From the IMG/VR virus record IMGVR_UViG_3300018426_001942, positions 32,001 through 96,000 of that record: a stretch of 64,000 bases of DNA. The stretch is one strand, 5' to 3'. Below the pieces are notes generated by a model. That model saw only the letters and a program-made list of their open reading frames with translations, searched no databases and was not told where the DNA came from. Both the position numbers and the translations under genes were made by a program. The DNA comes from a virus. Of this stretch, positions 18,994 through 28,160 are shown piece after piece. The first letter of the stretch is position 1; every line of letters begins with the position of its first letter.

Positions 18994-19323
18994 ATGAAAC
19001 TTTTTGAACTAGATAAAAAAGACGAATTTACTTTACCATATGACGTTGCACAAGATTGCCAATGTTATATGAAAAACGACCCCATGTTTTACAGAAAAGA
19101 ATACTATCCTGTAATGTCATTACTTTCAGATAAGTTTAGAGCTGGTGAAGATATTAATTTTAATGAAGCTCTTTTGCCTTTAGTAAAATCAGCAATGGAA
19201 TCATACTGTAAAAAGTATGATTTAGATCCTCCACAAAGTGTGTTTACTGATGTAGATCAAGAGTCAATTATCGAACGTATTAAGTCTGAGGAAATTAAGA
19301 ACATAGAAGAAGGGGAATACTAA
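18994..19323 (+). CDS. Hypothetical protein (MKLFE N-terminus)
   Basis: In-frame ATG at 18994, right after the upstream stop. Confidence 0.6.
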   Translation: MKLFELDKKDEFTLPYDVAQDCQCYMKNDPMFYRKEYYPVMSLLSDKFRAGEDINFNEALLPLVKSAMESYCKKYDLDPPQSVFTDVDQESIIERIKSEEIKNIEEGEY

Positions 19324-20402
19324 TGTTTCTCCGAGAACTGTTTGAAGCACCAGCAAAAAAGGCAGTTCTTGCTTTTGGTCGACTTAATCCTCCAACAATT
19401 GGTCATAGCAAACTTGTGGATCAAATAAAAAAGCACGACGGCGATCATTATTTGTTCTTGTCGCAAACACAAAAGCCAAAAACAGATCCATTAGATTTTG
19501 CTACTAAATTAAAGTTTGCCAAAAAGTTTTTTCCTGGTATTAATGTAGGGCACCAAAGTGTTCGTACACCAGTGCAAGCATTAGAAATGCTCCAAGGTTT
19601 AGGATATACTGATCTTATATTTGTTGCAGGTAGCGACAGAGTAGAAGGCTTCCAAACTATGTTCGATACATACAATGGCAAGCCAGATAAATCAGGCAAA
19701 ATACCATTTGAATTTAACACACTGAAAGTTGTAAGTGCAGGAGCACGTGACCCAGATGCAGAAGGTGCCGAAGGAATGAGTGCAAGCAAGATGAGACTTG
19801 CTGCCGCTGAGGGTAATCTAGAAGCATTTACACAAGGTGTACCAGATCCTAAACTAGCACAAACAATGTACGATGCTGTGCGTAACGGTATGGGTATCAA
19901 AGATAAAGAGCCAGCAACAGAAGGCATACGTCCTGAAAAACCTAACAAAAGCTCAGAAGAACTTATAGCAATGGGTTATGATCCAGATTCAGACAAAGTA
20001 CAAAGTGCTCGAGAATATGAAGACTGGGTCGACGATCAACGTGCTAAAGGTAAAGATATAGACGAAGGTGATTTAGTTGTTAATAAAGCATCATTAAGAT
20101 CATTTCTTACTAAAATGATACAAGACGCTATTGAAAAAGAAGAAGATATAGATAAACTATCACGTGTTCTTAAAATGCTTGTAGGTAAAGAAATTAAAAC
20201 TAGAGGTGATAGAGCATATACTATTACTGATGAAGATATAAATGAAATACTAGGTTTTGTTACAAAGACACCTAAACGTACAACTGTAACAAAGAAAAGA
20301 CCACCAGAAGAAGATTCTGTTAAAGATAAAATAGCCGCTAGAAGAAAGGCAGCCGCTAAAGGAGATAAAGACGCATGGACATCGAAGTTCTCAAAAAGTT
20401 AG
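19323..20402 (+). CDS. HIGH-type nucleotidyltransferase (cytidyltransferase-like) with C-terminal extensions
   Basis: FGRLNPPTIGH, VAGSDRV, MSASKMR; N-terminal MFLRELFE. Confidence 0.8.
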   Translation: MFLRELFEAPAKKAVLAFGRLNPPTIGHSKLVDQIKKHDGDHYLFLSQTQKPKTDPLDFATKLKFAKKFFPGINVGHQSVRTPVQALEMLQGLGYTDLIFVAGSDRVEGFQTMFDTYNGKPDKSGKIPFEFNTLKVVSAGARDPDAEGAEGMSASKMRLAAAEGNLEAFTQGVPDPKLAQTMYDAVRNGMGIKDKEPATEGIRPEKPNKSSEELIAMGYDPDSDKVQSAREYEDWVDDQRAKGKDIDEGDLVVNKASLRSFLTKMIQDAIEKEEDIDKLSRVLKMLVGKEIKTRGDRAYTITDEDINEILGFVTKTPKRTTVTKKRPPEEDSVKDKIAARRKAAAKGDKDAWTSKFSKS

Positions 20403-20590
20403 CAGGCATAAACGAATTCAAAGGCTACTCAGAATACAAGATAGATGAAAATCCATCTATCACAGCCGCAGAACTAAAAAAGAAAGAAAAGAAACTAGGT
20501 GTAAAACCTGGTGATGCAGAATGGTTTAAGTTATGGTTTTCAAAACCGTACATGACTGGACCAGTACAATTCAGAGGACGCAAGAAATGA
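20375..20590 (+). CDS. Hypothetical protein
   Basis: 71 aa; LKKLAGINE; GVKPGDAEWFKLWFS. Confidence 0.65.
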   Translation: MDIEVLKKLAGINEFKGYSEYKIDENPSITAAELKKKEKKLGVKPGDAEWFKLWFSKPYMTGPVQFRGRKK

Positions 20591-22158
20591 AGTTTAAAGA
20601 ACTTGCAGAAGATGGTAGAATTGTAAAAGGTGTAAACACTACAGTAGATGTGGATGTAAATCAAATACCTAAAGAAGCAGGAAAGTTTGGTAACAAGGTT
20701 GACAAGGGTGGCAATCCTCCTACACTTAGTAGTAAAGTAAAAGGTAAGTCAACTAATGTACTATTTAATTTAGGACTTGCCGAAGGCAAGTATGCTGACA
20801 TACATGATGTTAAAGACTTTGACCCAGATAACTTAGAAGTATGGGTTAAAGGCGTAGGTGTATATACACTAAATGGTCTTAAAAATAGATTAAAACAAAG
20901 ACTAGAAGGTTTTATTGATAACTTAGATTACAATGCAGACGGTGTAGAAAAAGTTCTAAGTGGTACAGGCTATGATGCCTTTATGAGTATGCTTAAAGGT
21001 TATAACGAAGTAATTGCAGCATTAGAAACTCCGCAAATGAAGCGTAAGAAAACCATTGCAAAGCGTAAAGCAAAGTACAGCGAAGGAAAAGCAATACCTA
21101 ACCCTAAGAACACATTCTTAGCAAAGTCTGACACAGCATATGATCACTATAAAATTGGTACAAATTTAGCAAATCTAAAGTCAATGCCAGCAGGTTCTAA
21201 TGTAGACGAACCTGATGTTGTTATTGCACCGTATGCTGGCGAAAAAGAAACGAAGTATCTAATGAAGCAACTTGCACGTATAGGATACGATGTTCAAGAT
21301 GCGTCTGGTTATCAAGATGCACATTTTGATGATGAGCCTACAGGTGGTGAAGCACCTCCACAAATAAAGAATCAAGGCAAACTAGGTAAAATTAAAGTTA
21401 GTAAACTTAAAAGTGTACAAAGAAACAGAGATTTACGTAAGTTAGAAAAACAACTAAGTAAGGTTAAAGACGGTAACTATAGTCCATTAACTATTGATCC
21501 TAAAGGACGTATAGTAAACGGACATCATAGATTTGATGCACTAAGACTTATGGGCGAAGAATTTGCAACTGTTAGGATGATTGACACTTCATTAGAAGAA
21601 ATGATAGCAGAAAACTTTGTAAAACCACAACTAGATGTAGAATGGGACGAAGCAGAGCGTTATCCTGAGTTTCGCAAGATTGGAAAACAAGCATGGATAG
21701 AACTTGCAAAAAAGGGTAAAGAAATAACTATTACAGATGCAAGTGATATCAACAATACAGATGCCGCAGATATTAATTCATTTAAAAGTTTAGATAAAAA
21801 CAAACAAAAAAGAGCGTTAGCACAATTAGAAAAAGGTTCAGTTGAAATGCCTATTGTTGCTGTTTACAGCGACGGTTATAAAGAATTAATTGGCGGAAAC
21901 ACAAGACTTACAGCAATGATGGCAAAAGACGGTAAAGCAACTGTATGGCAATTTGAAGTACCAGATGAAGTTGCCGAACTTGCAGAAAACTTTGCAGACG
22001 GTAAAGTGAAAGGCAAGAGTCGCCCAGGCAGAGTCAAAAAGGCAGGTGCTAGTTGTAGCGGAAGTGTAACTAGTTTACGTAAAAAAGCAAAAAAGTATAG
22101 TGGTGAACGAGGTAAGATGTATCACTGGTGTGCAAACATGAAGGGTGGTAAAAAATGA
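20587..22158 (+). CDS. Modular protein with two ParB/Srx-like domains, probable internal head polyprotein
   Basis: Starts MKFKELAE; PLTID...IVNGHHRFDAL and MPIV...LIGGNTRLTA ParB-like motifs; modules separated by LAE/YSE/IAE/LAE. Confidence 0.65.
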   Translation: MKFKELAEDGRIVKGVNTTVDVDVNQIPKEAGKFGNKVDKGGNPPTLSSKVKGKSTNVLFNLGLAEGKYADIHDVKDFDPDNLEVWVKGVGVYTLNGLKNRLKQRLEGFIDNLDYNADGVEKVLSGTGYDAFMSMLKGYNEVIAALETPQMKRKKTIAKRKAKYSEGKAIPNPKNTFLAKSDTAYDHYKIGTNLANLKSMPAGSNVDEPDVVIAPYAGEKETKYLMKQLARIGYDVQDASGYQDAHFDDEPTGGEAPPQIKNQGKLGKIKVSKLKSVQRNRDLRKLEKQLSKVKDGNYSPLTIDPKGRIVNGHHRFDALRLMGEEFATVRMIDTSLEEMIAENFVKPQLDVEWDEAERYPEFRKIGKQAWIELAKKGKEITITDASDINNTDAADINSFKSLDKNKQKRALAQLEKGSVEMPIVAVYSDGYKELIGGNTRLTAMMAKDGKATVWQFEVPDEVAELAENFADGKVKGKSRPGRVKKAGASCSGSVTSLRKKAKKYSGERGKMYHWCANMKGGKK

Positions 22159-22373
22159 AAATAAAAGATATTACAGAAGCCGCTAGTGCAGGTGCAAGTT
22201 CAGCAGGTAGTATTGCAAGTGTCGTAAATCCTACATATGCATATGCAAAAGGAAAGAAAAAAGGCAAATACGGTGCTCCTGAAGCGCCGCAAGCAAAGAA
22301 TTCAGACGGAACAGCAAAAAATGCACTTGATATCAAAAACAATTTGATGGGCGGCAAAGTAGCAAAGAGATAA
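22155..22373 (+). CDS. Small probable head protein
   Basis: MKIKDITE then ASAGASSAGSIASV. Confidence 0.6.
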   Translation: MKIKDITEAASAGASSAGSIASVVNPTYAYAKGKKKGKYGAPEAPQAKNSDGTAKNALDIKNNLMGGKVAKR

Positions 22374-22395
22374 ATATACTTAGTAGGAGTTACTA

Positions 22396-23235
22396 ATGAG
22401 AGAAGCAGAACTAAAAAATAAAGACCAACTTGTAAAAGAAGGATTAGCTGATCTTGCAGACAGAGCAGAGAAAGATCACGAAGTACAAATGGCACGTGCC
22501 GAGTTGTACAAAGCCGCTAAGTATTCAATTAAGTTACATGAGATGCTCAAAGGTGTAAGCGAAGCTGAAGGGCTAGAAGGTTGGGTACAATCTAAAATCA
22601 CTAAAGCTGCAGATTATCTAAGTTCTGTATATCATCATCTCGACTATCAAGAAGCACAAGACGATATGGCTCCTATCGGCGAAGGCAAAGATACTTATTG
22701 TTCAGACAAGTGCTGTGGTTCTGATGTTAAAGCTGAAGATTGCACATGTCCTCCAACATGTAAGTATTGTAATTGTAATGCTGTAAGCGAAGGCAAAGGC
22801 AAAAGCAACAAACAAAAGGCTGCTATTGCTATTGCTAAGAAAGAAAAAGGCTATAAAGAGTCTTTATCAGATAAACTTTCAGAAAATTTAAGTCAAAAAA
22901 AAAGTTTAGTAGAAAAAGCTAAATCACAAGCACAACAAAAATTTATGGGTATGGTTTACTCCGCTAAAAAAGGAGAAGAGCCAGCAAGTCCAGAAGTTGC
23001 AAAAGTAGCAAAAGACATTAGTAAGAAAGATGCTAAAGATTTTGCCGCAACAAAGCATAAGGGTTTACCAAAGAAAGTTGAAAACTTATGTTCAGATTGC
23101 GGATACCCAAACTGGCGTAACGTAAAAGAAGAAAAGCAAAAAGGTGTTGACGGTAAAGTATGCTGGAAAGGCTACAAGCGTATGGGCACCAAGAAAAAAG
23201 GCGGTAAGACCGTTGATAACTGTGTAAAGATGTAG
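22396..23235 (+). CDS. Modular Lys/Cys-rich protein, probable internal head polyprotein
   Basis: Late motif at 22369; modules EGLEGWVQSKITKA, 8-Cys segment, AKSQAQQKFMGMV...TKHKGLP, CWKGYKRMGTKKKGGKTVDNCVK. Confidence 0.65.
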   Translation: MREAELKNKDQLVKEGLADLADRAEKDHEVQMARAELYKAAKYSIKLHEMLKGVSEAEGLEGWVQSKITKAADYLSSVYHHLDYQEAQDDMAPIGEGKDTYCSDKCCGSDVKAEDCTCPPTCKYCNCNAVSEGKGKSNKQKAAIAIAKKEKGYKESLSDKLSENLSQKKSLVEKAKSQAQQKFMGMVYSAKKGEEPASPEVAKVAKDISKKDAKDFAATKHKGLPKKVENLCSDCGYPNWRNVKEEKQKGVDGKVCWKGYKRMGTKKKGGKTVDNCVKM

Positions 23236-23237
23236 TT

Positions 23238-24080
23238 ATGGATTTTCATAAACTTCAACATACATTATTTAATATAGAACCAACTAACCCTGCAGAAGAT
23301 CTTGCTAAGTTACAAGCACAAGCAAATGATTCTTTGCCGCAGAAAAGTGTGGAAAATACCAAAAATTACGTGCAGGAAAGTGTGGAAGTTCCAGAAGGAA
23401 CTATGCCTGTTGACAGAGAATACAGTATAAGTGACTTTGCTAAACTAGCAGGTGTTACTCTTACAGAAGGACAAAAGAAAGGTAGTGCAGGCCAACTTAA
23501 AGGCAAAGATGCATTTACAAAAAGCTCTAAGCCGGGTGGTAACGAAAGTCCACATCCTGCTAGAAATAAACTAGTAGGTGATAGTTTAGACAATAACATA
23601 GAAGAAGGCCCATTAGATGCTTTCCAGCAAGGTTACAAATCAGTACAACCTGGTGGAGCACTAGGTCCAGACGCACTAACTAAGGGTATTAGTAATGTGT
23701 TTACAGGTAAAGGTAAAAAAGATCCTAAACCTAAAACAACAAAAACAGTAGTAAAGAAGCAAAGTTATTTTAACAAAGAATTAGACAAATATTCGGATAC
23801 ACTAAACAAAATTTTAGCAGATCCGATGTTAAAGAAAGAACTATTAGATTTAATTAAAAAGGCAGAAACTAAAAAAGAGGCAAAGAAAAATAAGAAACCA
23901 GTTATAAAGGCTAGAGATCCTAATTGGCGTGATATGGAAGCATTACGTAAAAGTGGTGCAGCTGGATCACACGGTGACAAAACCAAAGTCATTCCTCGCA
24001 AAGAGAAATACAAGAAAGACTTTTCTCAAGAATCTATCAAAGAAATGCTTTATCGCAAATTAGCCGAAAAAAGCTCTTGA
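23238..24080 (+). CDS. Lys-rich modular hypothetical protein
   Basis: 280 aa; KLAGVTLTE, NIEE, SIKE, KLAE motifs. Confidence 0.65.
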   Translation: MDFHKLQHTLFNIEPTNPAEDLAKLQAQANDSLPQKSVENTKNYVQESVEVPEGTMPVDREYSISDFAKLAGVTLTEGQKKGSAGQLKGKDAFTKSSKPGGNESPHPARNKLVGDSLDNNIEEGPLDAFQQGYKSVQPGGALGPDALTKGISNVFTGKGKKDPKPKTTKTVVKKQSYFNKELDKYSDTLNKILADPMLKKELLDLIKKAETKKEAKKNKKPVIKARDPNWRDMEALRKSGAAGSHGDKTKVIPRKEKYKKDFSQESIKEMLYRKLAEKSS

Positions 24081-24105
24081 CAAGACCTCAATAATATAAT
24101 ATAAT
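24077..24105 (+). promoter_or_regulatory. Consensus sigma70 promoter for the replication operon
   Basis: TTGACA-N17-TATAAT. Confidence 0.85.
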
Positions 24106-24131
24106 AGTGTTTAAATTTAAAGGAGATCCTT

Positions 24132-24392
24132 ATGGGAAGTCGTGTTTTCGGTGCCGATGAAAAGGCCAAACTAGAAAGACTAGTAAATGAAGGTGTTACA
24201 GTACTACAGGAAGTAGAAGATTTACAGTTAGGTTTAAAAGATACTGTAAAAGCCGTAGCAGAAGAACTTGATATCAAGCCAAGTTTAATTAATAAAGCAA
24301 TTAAAATTGCACAAAAAGGTGATTGGGAAAGAGTGTCTGACGAATTTGATGACTTAGAAACACTAGTTGTCACAGTCGGTAAGGACAAGTAG
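24132..24392 (+). CDS. Small dsDNA-binding protein (T4 DsbA/GapR-like)
   Basis: Helical LKDTVKAVAEELDIKPSLINKAIKIA pattern; AAGGAG RBS. Confidence 0.55.
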   Translation: MGSRVFGADEKAKLERLVNEGVTVLQEVEDLQLGLKDTVKAVAEELDIKPSLINKAIKIAQKGDWERVSDEFDDLETLVVTVGKDK

Positions 24393-24670
24393 TGCAAAGT
24401 ATTAGGGAATTTTGGTTAGAAAGTTTGAATTCTGATCCGATTGCACACTATGCAGAAATGGTAGGTGCAATATCTGTTATAATAGGTAGTGCTATACTTA
24501 CATATACTGTACTTGTGCCTAGACCAGATATATTTTTACCCTTTTACTTTGTAGGTAGTTGTGCAAGTTTTTATGGTGCATATAGACGTAAGTTACCTTG
24601 GGTATTAATACTAACTGGATGGTTCATAATTATGAACAGTATCGCCCTATCTAGACTATATATTTTATAA
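24392..24670 (+). CDS. Three-TM membrane protein
   Basis: Three hydrophobic segments. Confidence 0.65.
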   Translation: MQSIREFWLESLNSDPIAHYAEMVGAISVIIGSAILTYTVLVPRPDIFLPFYFVGSCASFYGAYRRKLPWVLILTGWFIIMNSIALSRLYIL

Positions 24671-24733
24671 CGCCAAAGGCAATTGCCTGGCAAGTAGAAG
24701 GTTAAGTTGGCCACAAGCAACGAAGGAGAATAA

Positions 24734-27403
24734 ATGAGTTACGTTGACGCTATGTTTGATCGCGATTCTGATATCATCAGAGTTGTAGAGCGTAAAGATG
24801 GAAAGAGACACTTTCACGAGTATCAAGCAAAGTACACATTCTACTACAAAGACGAGCGTGGTAAGTACAAAAGTGTGTACGGAGATCCCCTAACACGTAT
24901 TGTTTGTAAAAACACAAAAGACTTCCGCAAAGAAGTTGCCATCAATAAAAACAAAGAACTTTTTGAAAGCGATATTAATCCGATCTTTCAATGTCTAAGT
25001 GAGAATTATCTCAACCAAGATGCTCCTAAACTAAACATTGCGTTTTTCGATATTGAAACAGACTTTGACCCGGAGCGAGGCTTTGCTGATCCTAGTGATC
25101 CGTTTATGCCCATTACATCCATATCTGTATACTTGCAATGGATGGAAACTATGGTTTGTCTTGCTGTTCCGCCTAAGACACTTACAATGGAGCAGGCAAA
25201 GAAAGAACTTGAAGGTATCGAAAATGTAATGCTGTTTGAACGTGAAGGTGATATGATCGACACGTTCTTAACGCTGATTGAAGATGCTGATATTTTGTCA
25301 GGTTGGAACAGTGAGGGTTATGATATTCCTTACACTGTAAACAGAACAAGTCGTGTACTCAGCAAAGATGATACAAGACGTTTTTGTTTGTGGGGACAAC
25401 TTCCTAAGAAGCGTGAATATGAAAAATATGGGAAGCAAGCAGAAACATTTGACTTAGTAGGTCGTGTGCATTTAGACAGTCTAGAACTATATCGTAAGTA
25501 CACATACGAAGAACGACACTCATATCGATTGGATGCTATTGGTGAGATTGAAGTAGGCGAAAACAAAGTACCATATGAAGGTACATTAGATCAATTATAC
25601 AACAATGACTTCCGCAAATTTATCGAATATAACATACAAGATACCGCACTACTAGACAAACTAGACAAGAAGCTACGCTTTATTGATCTTAGCAATGAAC
25701 TTGCTCATGCAAATACTGTACTACTACAAACTACAATGGGTGCTGTTGCTGTTACAGAGCAAGCGATTGTAAACGAAGCACATAACAGAGGCTTACAAGT
25801 TCCTAATCGTCCTAGACGTGATGATGAGAACACACAAGCCGCAGGTGCATATGTTGCGTTTCCTAAAAAAGGCTTGCATAAATGGATTGGGTCAATGGAC
25901 TTGAACAGTCTATATCCTAGTGTGATTCGTGCGCTGAACATGGCTCCAGAAACAATCATAGGACAAATACGTCCAGAGATATCAGAAGCCCGTGTACACG
26001 AAGATATGACACTTAAAAAGAAGTCATTTGCAGGTAGTTGGGAAGGACGATTTAGCACAGAAGAATATGAAGCTGTTATGGAACAGAAGCGTGATGTTGC
26101 ACTAACTGTGGATTGGGAAAACGGAACCAGCGATGTATTAAGCGGTGCTGAATTATATAAACTAATTTTCGATAGTAATCAACCTTGGATGCTTTCATCT
26201 AATGGTACAATATTTACAACTGAGTTCGAAGGAGTTATTCCCGGACTACTAAAGAGGTGGTATGCAGAACGTAAAGAACTACAAGGTATGCTCAAAAAAG
26301 CAAAAGACGCAGGCAATGAAACTGAAATTGCATTTTGGGACAAACGGCAACTTGTTAAGAAAATTAATCTTAACTCTCTTTACGGGGCCATTCTTAATCC
26401 TGGTTGCAGATTTTTTGACAAAAGGATAGGACAATCAACTACACTTACTGGTCGTACTATTGTTAAACATATGAGTGCAGAAGTAAACAAAGTAATTACA
26501 GGTGAATACGATCATGTAGGCAAAGCAATTATATACGGTGATACAGACTCGGTTTACTTTAGTGCATATCCTGTATTAAAAGATGATATTGACGAAGGAA
26601 AAATTCCTTTTGATAAAGATACTGTGGTAACACTGTATGATCAAGTTTGCGAAGCGGCTAATACTACATTTTCAGACTTTATGGGTGAAGCATTTCATTG
26701 TCCAAAAAGTCGTGCAGAAGTTATTGCCGCTGGTAGAGAAATTGTAGCACAAAGCGGACTGTATATTACTAAGAAGCGTTATGCGGCACTAGTTTATGAT
26801 AACGAAGGCTTTAGAACAGACACAGATGGAAAACCAGGCAAAGTAAAAGCAATGGGCTTAGACTTGAGGCGTTCAGATACTCCTGTGTTTATGCAAGAGT
26901 TTCTAAGTGAAATTCTTCTTATGGTGCTTACAGATGTTCCACAAGAAGAAGTACTTGAACGTATAACTGTATTTAGAAAAGAGTTTGAAAATCGTCCAGG
27001 TTGGGAGAAAGGTTCGCCTAAACGTGCAAACAAGATTGGACACTATCAGAGACTAGAGCAAAAACAAGGCAAGGCAAATATGCCAGGCCACGTACGAGCA
27101 AGCATCAACTGGAATACACTAAAACGTATGAACGGTGACAAGTATTCGCAAGAAATTGTAGATGGTATGAAAGTTATTGTATGCAAATTAAAACAGAATC
27201 CTTTAGGTTATACAAGTGTCGCTTATCCAACAGATGAGCTGCGTATTCCTGAATGGTTTAAAGAACTGCCATTTGATGATTCAGCAATGGCAGAAACAAT
27301 TATCGATAACAAACTTGGAAACTTAATTGGTGTGTTAGACTATCCGCTAGAAGATACAAAGCAACACAATACATTTAACAGTTTGTTTGACTTTGGAGAG
27401 TAA
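24734..27403 (+). CDS. Family B DNA polymerase (gp43-like) with 3'-5' exonuclease
   Basis: DIETD, GWNSEGYD, YNIQD, DLNSLYPS, KINLNSLYG, YGDTDS, KKRY. Confidence 0.96.
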   Translation: MSYVDAMFDRDSDIIRVVERKDGKRHFHEYQAKYTFYYKDERGKYKSVYGDPLTRIVCKNTKDFRKEVAINKNKELFESDINPIFQCLSENYLNQDAPKLNIAFFDIETDFDPERGFADPSDPFMPITSISVYLQWMETMVCLAVPPKTLTMEQAKKELEGIENVMLFEREGDMIDTFLTLIEDADILSGWNSEGYDIPYTVNRTSRVLSKDDTRRFCLWGQLPKKREYEKYGKQAETFDLVGRVHLDSLELYRKYTYEERHSYRLDAIGEIEVGENKVPYEGTLDQLYNNDFRKFIEYNIQDTALLDKLDKKLRFIDLSNELAHANTVLLQTTMGAVAVTEQAIVNEAHNRGLQVPNRPRRDDENTQAAGAYVAFPKKGLHKWIGSMDLNSLYPSVIRALNMAPETIIGQIRPEISEARVHEDMTLKKKSFAGSWEGRFSTEEYEAVMEQKRDVALTVDWENGTSDVLSGAELYKLIFDSNQPWMLSSNGTIFTTEFEGVIPGLLKRWYAERKELQGMLKKAKDAGNETEIAFWDKRQLVKKINLNSLYGAILNPGCRFFDKRIGQSTTLTGRTIVKHMSAEVNKVITGEYDHVGKAIIYGDTDSVYFSAYPVLKDDIDEGKIPFDKDTVVTLYDQVCEAANTTFSDFMGEAFHCPKSRAEVIAAGREIVAQSGLYITKKRYAALVYDNEGFRTDTDGKPGKVKAMGLDLRRSDTPVFMQEFLSEILLMVLTDVPQEEVLERITVFRKEFENRPGWEKGSPKRANKIGHYQRLEQKQGKANMPGHVRASINWNTLKRMNGDKYSQEIVDGMKVIVCKLKQNPLGYTSVAYPTDELRIPEWFKELPFDDSAMAETIIDNKLGNLIGVLDYPLEDTKQHNTFNSLFDFGE

Positions 27404-27404
27404 T

Positions 27405-27518
27405 ATGAAAGTAAAAATGGAAATAGAAATTGATACAGAAAGAGATCAAGATCTAGCAACTATACGAGAGCTTATAGAAATGCTAAGAGCTTTAGCAGAA
27501 AACTATGAGGTAGACTAA
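27405..27518 (+). CDS. Small hypothetical protein (37 aa)
   Basis: GGAG RBS; MKVKMEIEIDTERDQDL...; translated by hand. Confidence 0.55.
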   Translation: MKVKMEIEIDTERDQDLATIRELIEMLRALAENYEVD

Positions 27519-27712
27519 TGGAATGGGTTTTAGTTTACATTGCATTAACAGCACACGGACACCCTATTGCAAAAGAGTATGGTCGTTTTGACACTGTCAA
27601 TGAGTGTTTTATTGCTAGAGAAAAATTAGCACTTGAGAAAGGTGCTAAGGATGAGTATTTTCCAATAGGTACTCAGGCGGTATGTATAAGATATGAGAGT
27701 TTAAAAACATGA
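27518..27712 (+). CDS. Small hypothetical protein
   Basis: 64 aa; GAGG RBS; Cys pair. Confidence 0.6.
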   Translation: MEWVLVYIALTAHGHPIAKEYGRFDTVNECFIAREKLALEKGAKDEYFPIGTQAVCIRYESLKT

Positions 27713-27743
27713 TTACAGGAAAATGGCTGTAAGAGGAGGTAAC

Positions 27744-28160
27744 ATGAAGGTAGGATTTACATGTAGTACATTTGATCTACTACATTCTGGGCATGTCCAA
27801 ATGCTTAGGGAAGCAAAAGATCAATGTGATTACTTAATGGTAGGTTTACAAATGGATCCTAGTGTCGATAGACCTAATAAGAACCCTCCGATTCAAACTA
27901 TTGTTGAACGTTATACACAACTAAAGGCTGTAGGTTATGTTGATGAAATTATTCCATACGGAACAGAACAAGATTTAGAAGACATTCTACAACTTTATAA
28001 GATACACGTTCGCATACTTGGAGAAGAATATAGAGATAAAGATTTTACTGGTAAAGATATTTGTCGTCAACGAGACATAGAACTATATTTTAACAAACGA
28101 GATCATAGATTTAGTTCAAGTGGACTAAGAAAAAGTGTTGTAGAAAGAGAAAACAAATGA
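27744..28160 (+). CDS. Glycerol-3-phosphate cytidylyltransferase-like (TagD family)
   Basis: GFTCSTFDLLHSGH, VDEIIPY, RFSSSGLR; GGAGG RBS. Confidence 0.88.
   Translation: MKVGFTCSTFDLLHSGHVQMLREAKDQCDYLMVGLQMDPSVDRPNKNPPIQTIVERYTQLKAVGYVDEIIPYGTEQDLEDILQLYKIHVRILGEEYRDKDFTGKDICRQRDIELYFNKRDHRFSSSGLRKSVVERENK

Noticed and set aside
19448-19948. 166-aa antisense ORF, and many similar antisense ORFs over clpA, polB and the endolysin
   Set aside because: Shadow ORFs opposite genes with clear motifs; no RBS or domain signal
24734-27403. Intein or intron in the DNA polymerase
   Set aside because: 889-aa ORF is continuous; no C/S...HN splice motifs or homing-endonuclease signature
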